This document shows positions 56,324-64,000 of a stretch of 64,000 bases of DNA, one piece after another (the stretch's first letter is position 1; the number at the start of each line of letters is the position of its first letter). The stretch is from Paragordius varius (Eukaryota; Animalia; Nematomorpha), in the NCBI GenBank assembly GCA_964247055.1, contig OZ176055.1:2170001-2234000 (forward strand). Direction: 5' to 3'. The notes under the pieces were generated by a model, which worked only from the letters and a program-made list of their open reading frames with translations, did no database searches and had not been told where the DNA came from. The position numbers were made by a program, and so were the translations under genes.

Positions 56324-58339
56324 ATGGAATTATATTGTAATAAATCCGCGATGTATGGCGATGTTAGTTTAGCGTCACCCTATCATCAACTTAGTCAATT
56401 ATATGTTGCAATGGACTGTAGCAAGGATAAATTGTTAGATTCTACAGTGTCCTACTTTAAAACCTATATAACACCAGTAATTAATTTATGTGGCATATCT
56501 TTGGACTTTCTTAAAGTATATCCCAATTTAAAATAAGTTATTTAATTTAGATCCACAACTATTATTTGACAATGAACATATCAAATCATTAAGCCAAAAT
56601 ATTGTCAGACATAATAATCAAAGCGCTAAACTGATGATGATGGTTTTAGGTACCAATGACACACGACAAATATTGCTAAATTTGATCAAGCAAAATACAA
56701 ATCAAACAAATTATTTATCTAATCACATCGTTTTGACCTATTATCCTTTTAACGTTCCCATTTATAAATTGATAAAAACGCGATACTCATCTTTTGTTCC
56801 ATTAGTGTCGCCAAAATCTAACAATATTGATGAAATTAGTAATTCCAAATTTGACAACGTGTTTTTCAAAGTATTTCCGTACGATTTTCATCGTTTAAAA
56901 AACTTATCTTATATTTTAAAATCCATGATATCATTGATACAATTGGATAATGACGATAAAAAAGATGATTTGGATAATAAATTTCCCGTTATGGATGCGT
57001 TTGACATAAATGGGTTTGTTAAATCGGCATCAAATACGTTTTCTACTGAATATATCTCATTTGATAATCTTCACATTGGTGATAGAGATAATATCAAAAC
57101 CATGTCTCAATTAATAAATTCTTGTGTAGCAGACGACAATAAATGCCCATTATCACGTAATAAAAACTCTCAACAATTATCGGTAAATTTTGAATAAATA
57201 CAAATTAATCGTTTAAATTTTAAACGCGTTTTATAGTATAGGATTTAAAAATTTTAAATATTTTAGACAGTTAAATTTTGATTATATTTATATGAAATAG
57301 AGTAATAAACCAAAATCATTCAATGTTACACTCAACATTAAATATTTTGTTGATGAAATGGATGCAAAATTATCTGGATGGGTGGATTTAGCAATGAAAC
57401 ACATTGGAGATATTCTAATTAGACGGCTTATTCGTCGTAAATCTTTCATCTTTTAGTTTTATCAAAAAAATATTTTATATATTTTTAGTCATCTGAACTG
57501 CTTTTATATTTTAAATAATTTATAATATTTAGGATTTTGACATATTATCTATTTTTTCACTGTTGTTAGCTAAAAGGCTAAAATCGATTCAATTCAAAAT
57601 CCAATCTTGTTCGCATTTCACCATCTTAAACGAAAGTAACAATCTAAGACAATTGGGTTACATTCAAAGAGATAACCAGTTAATACCCCAAAATTCAAGC
57701 TATATCCGATTTTTAGCCGTTCCAAATCTACAAAACGCTACCAATTTTTCAGATACGCTAAATCATAATGACCAAATTTTAAATTCATATGAGAATCGAG
57801 AAATCGTGACATGGAATGATTCAAACAATGTTTCACAAGAAAAGTAAAATTTGAAAATACCCTTTAACTGTATAATATGATAATCACATAATGACGCAAA
57901 ACTTTTTTTCAAAGAATTCTTATCTAAATTCTCAATTAAAATATAATTATTAACGATCTTCTAAACTTTTCCATTTTATTTCAATAGGGAGGGAAGTATA
58001 CAAGATTTAAGTTGTGCAAACGCGTATAATTTGCTAGATTCAAATCATATACTGGAAATACCAATGTGCAATGTTGACTCCATCGATTTAAATATTTCAA
58101 CATGCGAATCCAATAATACATATGATATAGCGAATCCAAATTATTTGACTCATATTAGTTTATTAACAGAAAATGAAATTTTTGAACTAACAAAAAATAA
58201 GGAAGTAGAAATTGAAAGTCAAAAGATTACAGAAACATCGGACTCTAAAAATAATGATGTCTTTGACCATATTTCTCCAAACCTATCGATTAAAATTCTG
58301 CCGAATTTTTGTCGGATTCAAAAGTTGGAATACGAATAA
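56324..58339 (+). CDS. Uncharacterised protein; about 4 exons
   Basis: Coding-like segments 56324-~56515, 56551-57182, 57533-57842 and 57988-58339. The last two junctions are GT-AG and in phase; the first junction is unresolved. Confidence 0.55.
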
Positions 58340-58528
58340 ATTATATGCACATATATTTTCAAATTTATGTATGTATAAATATGCGGCATAAAAATTCCAG
58401 GTAAATTTGTAAGTTATGTGCTTATTTAACAATTTGGAAAAAGTGATTAAAATTAAAATATCACCGGTATTGTGTTTAGAAAGCATTTCAGAATATTTGT
58501 TTAGCATCAAGCTATTTTGTGCTTACGG

Positions 58529-61500
58529 TTAGAATTTGCCTTCACACATGATTGGTGGAAAAAATTTATCACATTGCTTATAGGAGTTTGGGCGAGGCAA
58601 AAAATCATCCATCTGTTTAGCTTTCTGTATTTTATTGATTGGCATAAAATCATCGAGTGTTTTATTATTGCCACTTTTGTTGGTGTTATATACATCGTTT
58701 CCTTCATGGCGGTATTTGAACCATCTTTTATGGAGAGTTAACATATTCCTGGGACCATTGTAATATTTTAGAAAAGAACGGGCCGCTGATTTTGTAAATG
58801 TAGGAGTCGATAAACCCAATCCTTGTTTAGAACCGTAAGTACTTAAAATTTTGGGATGTTCTCGGCTCGACAGATTATTATTCATATATGTATATATCAT
58901 GGCAGATAACATGAGTAAGATAATAAGCATAACACTAATCATAATTGCGATCATATTATTTGGTGCAAAACACCAAGTTTTTTCATCCATTGACCAATTG
59001 TTTGGGTTACCTTTAAGGTTGTTGTCTAAATTGGAGAAAGATGATTTAATCGAGGTTTTACTGCCTACGGCATTTATATTTTGTAATTTTTTTTCCAAGT
59101 CTGACCGCGAATAAAAGAATCGATCTAAATTATAAATAAAATAATCATAGTTATTTTAGAATAAATGATGTTTAAATTTTGCTTAAAAGATTATACCATC
59201 ACTTAAAACTGCTCCTTTATCTCCTGGTATCATAACAGCGATAGAACTGAATAGATTGACCGTTTTTGCCATACTGATGGTTGAATTTGTGTTATTCAGC
59301 CCTGATATATTATTTTTATTAGCGAGTTCAAACATAGCCAAATTACTTTCGTTTAGGGGCAAAAATGTATCATCGATTGGCACATAACCGTTATGGATTT
59401 TGGTTGAAAGGTGTCTTTTAAAAATTTTGTTGGAGAAGGGCTTGTCAAGGATAGAAGGTATGGCAGATCTTTTGGATCTATCATTTGAGTGATTTGGGGG
59501 AGGTGGTCTATTACCCATTAAAGGTAGTCTCATTTCTACACCTTCATCATTTCTATCTCCTAACATAATGTGTTCTTCCGGATTTTGATTCAATAGCAAA
59601 GATTGTTCTGTAGGACGGCCATTCTCGCCAATTTCATCATTCATTACATCTCCCATGAATTCACCTCTGTAACTGCTAGTGGGATTACCATACTCTGGAG
59701 CCAAATTATTAGGGTTCATTACATTAACTCTTCGGGGTTGAGACCGGGATCCTGGTATCCCTCCATTTGATGGTCCGGAGTTGAGATTATAGTTGGGATG
59801 ATTTGCGTAAAACATATCTCTTGCTCCCTTTGGCGCAGCGGCATAATTAATGTATCGTTTGACGTCACAAGATGGCTAAACAATTAACAATGAGTGAGTA
59901 TACATTGCTTTCATTATTATTGCCAGATAGCTTAAAAATGAAAGAGGCCATCTAATTGGCCCATAGTTATTATTTTCGCTTTTTACTGCTATCATCCAAT
60001 AAAACTCTTTTCTTTTTAAGCTATCTAGTAATAAAAAATAGGTAATGTTCTACTCTCACTATATATTATATTAAACTAACCACTAAAATATTATAGTTTA
60101 ATTTTAATATGGTTTTAATCCAAATTGTAAACGATGTTATCTATGATATCAAGTAAGCACACTCTACCTTGGGACATTCTTTGTAACATATTTGGACATA
60201 GCAATCGAAATAAACATTAGGCACATCAGGGAATTTGAAAACGTTGAATGGCGCATAAACATGTTTCTCAAACGTGTCATAATTGGCACCTTCTGTCATC
60301 TTTTCAAGCACTCTTTCACTCCGGCTTTGTGAACCAATTAAATTATCATTTTCTGGACATCTTAATCCAAAAAAAGTTATTTAAAAATATAAAAAAATAT
60401 ATAGTTTCAAGTAGTTCATATATGATATCCCTTATATACCCATTTTCATCGATAAGTCTGATCTTCTCATTGCCCATACCATCGTGTGCATAACAATCAA
60501 ACAAGTACAGATCAAAAAGACCTAAGCAATAATAATTGAATATAAATTTTATAAAAACTTTATTTGTATTATAAGCATTAACATATCGCTTAATAGACTT
60601 TTATGTTAAAATATGGCCACCTTTTTTATCATACACCATAACATCAAGGGTTCCATTCTCTCCAAGCAATAAGTATTTGGCCGGATTACCGAAAGGATTT
60701 TCGCCTTCGAGTACACGTAACCAGGCATCGGGAACTATATTAGCCCTTGCTTTTATCTTAGTAGTTTCAAATTTTCTATAAATTTTGAATGGTAATAATA
60801 TTTTTTAATGAATATTAGGGTTGTTTAATTAATCAATACTAAACCTGGGAATGAAGCCGGTGATGTGATGGATGTATGATAAAACGATATGCCAAATTTA
60901 ATATATCAATAAAAAGGGTCGAATTTTCACAATCCTAGAACTTATAAAATGTAAAACGACGTACACACTATCTACTACCTTTTTTATCTTTAAATGTAAC
61001 GTCTAATACCCCATCACTACCGAGCTCAAGCATATTCCCAGGCTTAGAAAATGGATTTTTCCCTGGAATAATATTTAATCTAGCTTGAGGAATGATATCA
61101 GAACGAGATGAAAAGTTTTCGAAAGGAACTCTATAACAAAATTGTATTTATAAAGAATGAATATCTATATTGAAAATAATATATTTTAATCCAAAAATGT
61201 AATCGGTCTAACTTTATTTAATATGTCGCAAATATACTTATTATTACTCGAGGTTTCTATAAAGGTATTTATGGGATATGTGCGCCGTATAGTCGTCAAA
61301 CTATGATTTTTAAATTATTTAAGTTTATGAATGATTTTTTAGAACCAGGAATAAAAAAGGGACAACATCGAAATTCATGCATCACACAGCATCCACTGCT
61401 TTATTCAGAAAACGACAGTTAAAAAAGTCCCATAAGAATAGAAAATAAAAAAGTCTCTAGTCTAAATGCTATTTTCAAGCTTTGATGCTTAACCAACAAG

Positions 61501-62021
61501 CATAAATAAAGTTTTTTTAAAGTTTCGTTGCAACTCTTCAAATAAGTTTATCGAGTAAAATAAATTCATACGTAACATCCAATCCACCGTTGACCCTTTT
61601 GACTCCGGTGGTGTCGATCTCACATGTAACATGGAAGGCTTTATCTTTGCCCTCTAAAACGCCGTTTTTAGTTGAAAACATGACAATGACTGTATTGTGA
61701 AATGATAAAACACCATTCTCCAATTGCTTAACCTAATGTCAAATATTTTAATTAATGACATTATATCAACATAATCTATATAAAGAATAGGGCACATTTT
61801 GCGTTTTCATGTAAAATTTATGAAATTTACCTCGTTTTCCTGAGCAGTGCCGCACCCGTCCAGAGGTAGTCGAATAGATACTTGAGTTTCACTGTTTCCA
61901 TTCACACGACAATATTCGCTTTTGTAATAACCTTTGGAGTAAATGACACCATTGAAAGGTCTGGCAAAGGATAATATTATAGCCATACTTTCGTCATATA
62001 TGTCACATTGAACATTAATAT
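58529..62021 (-). CDS. ZP-domain single-pass membrane protein (cuticlin/dusky-like); 5' exon(s) not resolved
   Basis: Exons 62021-61831 (VQC...PFNGVIYSKG...C...LDGCG, ZP-N), 61732-61572 (NTVIV...AFHVTC), alternative exons 61130-60979 or 60775-60621, 60521-60440 (DCYAHDG...LIDENG), 60360-60168 (CP...FKFPDVPNVYFDCYVQICYKECP, ZP-C), 59875-~59200 (furin-like RSKR) and 59100-58529 (TM IAIMISVMLIILLMLSAMIY). Confidence 0.88.
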
Positions 62022-62663
62022 CTAATATCATATCGTGGAATACACATAAAAATAATATTTAACATGTTTTTTTACTATATACATTTGTAAAGTTAAAGCA
62101 ATTTTATGCATTTAACACAAAGATAAATTATTTTTAAATTACTACATAACATCCAACAAAAGACCACCCGAGTAATTTTTTGATTATCTAATGCTAATCA
62201 TGACACTAAACCCAAATTAAAATCGTAAGTTAAACAAAAAATATCATTTAATAATTTTACAATAGCAACTAAAAAGGCATGGAATGAATTATTTAAACCT
62301 CTTTCATAAAAATAATTTTAAATTTGAAGCGGGAAACAAGGCCGGTAAGGTTCAATGAATATGCTTGTTATGAGAAATGAATCCCTCACAAACATTAAAC
62401 AAGATTTATGCATTTTAAAGCATAATATGTAAAAATTCATATGCTAAAATTTCACCATAATGTTTTTGATACGGATATAATATGAAACATTTTTAGTTTA
62501 TTTAAAATATGAAAATGAAACTACATAGGTGGGACATTTAAATTAAGTATTATAGATACCAATGAAAAATAATCAACTGATACAGTTTGAACAACTTAAA
62601 ATACAAAATCAAACCGTTTCTATTTAATTCAATTCCTTTACCATTTTGTGTTATAGTGTAATG

Positions 62664-64000
62664 CAGTGATACTAACCGCGGCCCGCGAGCCGCATGCGGC
62701 CCTAAGAGAGATTTAAAATTGCCCTATCACTATATTGATAATTAAATTATTTTTTTATTAATGAATTTTAAAATGCACATAAAATTTCGCTTATTATAAT
62801 ATTAATTTATTTTCTTCAGATTTACTTTTGGTAATTTTAGTTTTTACCCAATTCGAAATGTAGAAAAATTTTCCTATATTAAAATGATTTCAAAATTTTG
62901 GCACACGTCTATTTATTTTCTTTATTTTGAAATTTTTATTGGATTCCTTTTTTGTATTTAAGCAAGCTTTTCGCCAAAACTTGCATGTACATATTCTTTT
63001 CATTGCTATCCTGCATCATTTTTTATAACTCATTCCCATAAAATATTTTGCAAATAAACATTAAATTTTAACCTGTTTTTTATAGCATAAAATTAAATTA
63101 TATTCCTATTTTTTGAAAAAATTTACATAATATTTAAACATAAATTCAAATGATGACATATAATGCTAAACAACGTAAATTATCCGATAAAAATTTCCCT
63201 TTAAAAAAGAATGGGAAGAAAAATTCTTTGTCTATTTAAATTTTTGCCAATGAATAATACCACTAAAGGAAGTGATTTTCTCAAAAGAATTAACACTTTT
63301 TTAGATAATAATGGTAGAAATTGGTTTCGATCCGCACAGATGGCTGTCCCTCTATGAAACCAAAGGATTATTCTTCTTTTGAAAAACAAATATAATTTGC
63401 AAAATATTTTATCCTTTCACTGCTTTATTCATCAGAAAAACTTGGTTTCGCGGTAAAAGATGAATCACTCAATAAATTAATTAAAACGGTTGTGGATATA
63501 GTTAACCATATCCGTGGCAGAAATTCTACCGCCGTAAATTCAAAAACCTTCTGAAAGATATCCACAGTGAGTCTGATGATATTCTTTTGTACATCGCTGA
63601 GATATGGCTAAGCCTTAGCGAAGTATTAAATAGATTTTTTGTTTTAAGACATGAAATTCTATCATTATAAAAGATAACAGAAAGTTTGACGAGAAAATTA
63701 ATAGTGACAAATGCTGGGTTTTGCCTACCTTTGCAACATTACTTATAAACTTGGTATTTTTAATACGTCATCAAGGGAGCAAAATAACAATTTAATTTGC
63801 TAATCAAATATTTGCTTTTGAAGAAAAATTTATTATATATAAACAAGATTGCATAAATAAACACTCCTATATTTTTCAACACATACCGCGGAGACTAATT
63901 AATAATAGACAAATCATTTAACATTTTTAGCTAATGAGATGAAATTTAGATTTCAAAAATTAAGAAATATTAAAAAATGCTTAAAATTCGTTGAAAATCC
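62664..64000 (+). mobile_element. Decayed hAT (Buster/Charlie-type) DNA transposon: left end plus frameshifted transposase
   Basis: Left end CAGTGATACTAACCGCGGCCCGCGAGCCGCATGCGGCCC at 62664. Broken frames at ~63210-63960 give LPMNNTTKGSDF, TDGCPSM, HCFIHQ, VVDIVNHIR and EIWLSLSEVLNRFFVLRHEI, which are hAT catalytic-core motifs, interrupted by stops and frameshifts. Confidence 0.8.

Noticed and set aside
56324-58339. Faint resemblance to PARPBP/PARI
   Set aside because: Only impressionistic similarity; no diagnostic motif could be aligned, so no gene symbol is assigned.
60845-60934. 90-nt AG...GT segment between the two alternative ZP exons
   Set aside because: It is open only in phase 0-0 and has stops in the phases needed, so it cannot bridge exon A (phase 1) to exon B (phase 2).
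62664-64000. Domesticated or active hAT transposase
   Set aside because: Multiple stops and frameshifts between the TDG, CxxH and WLS motifs.

Overview
This is strongly AT-rich eukaryotic (invertebrate animal) genomic DNA. It has GT-AG spliced genes in tight clusters separated by tracts of non-autonomous DNA transposons; no prokaryotic features, CRISPR arrays or rRNA were seen. Genes reconstructed by hand from splice sites and reading phase, in order: a 4-TM membrane protein (+); PBX/extradenticle (-); intronless DPH1 (+); SDHC (-); a 21-exon ankyrin-repeat + GH20 hexosaminidase-like gene lacking the catalytic DE motif (+); MRPL14 (-); intronless Cdc25/string (-); an orphan protein with 11-residue Trp-periodic repeats (-); an unidentified protein (+); and a ZP-domain (cuticlin-like) membrane protein (-). 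Repeats include Helitron-like elements, piggyBac-like, Tc1/mariner-like and foldback-like MITEs, hAT-type ends and a decayed hAT transposase. Most notable: (1) two duplicated, phase-identical exons in the ZP gene that can only be mutually exclusive; (2) Cdc25 apparently nested in MRPL14 intron 1, with a 26/28-nt antisense copy of its own start-codon region downstream of its stop; (3) SDHC and the ankyrin-GH20 gene head-to-head with only 51 nt between ATGs; (4) introns of 25-33 nt. Exon models are manual and have no transcript support; the clade assignment is inference.
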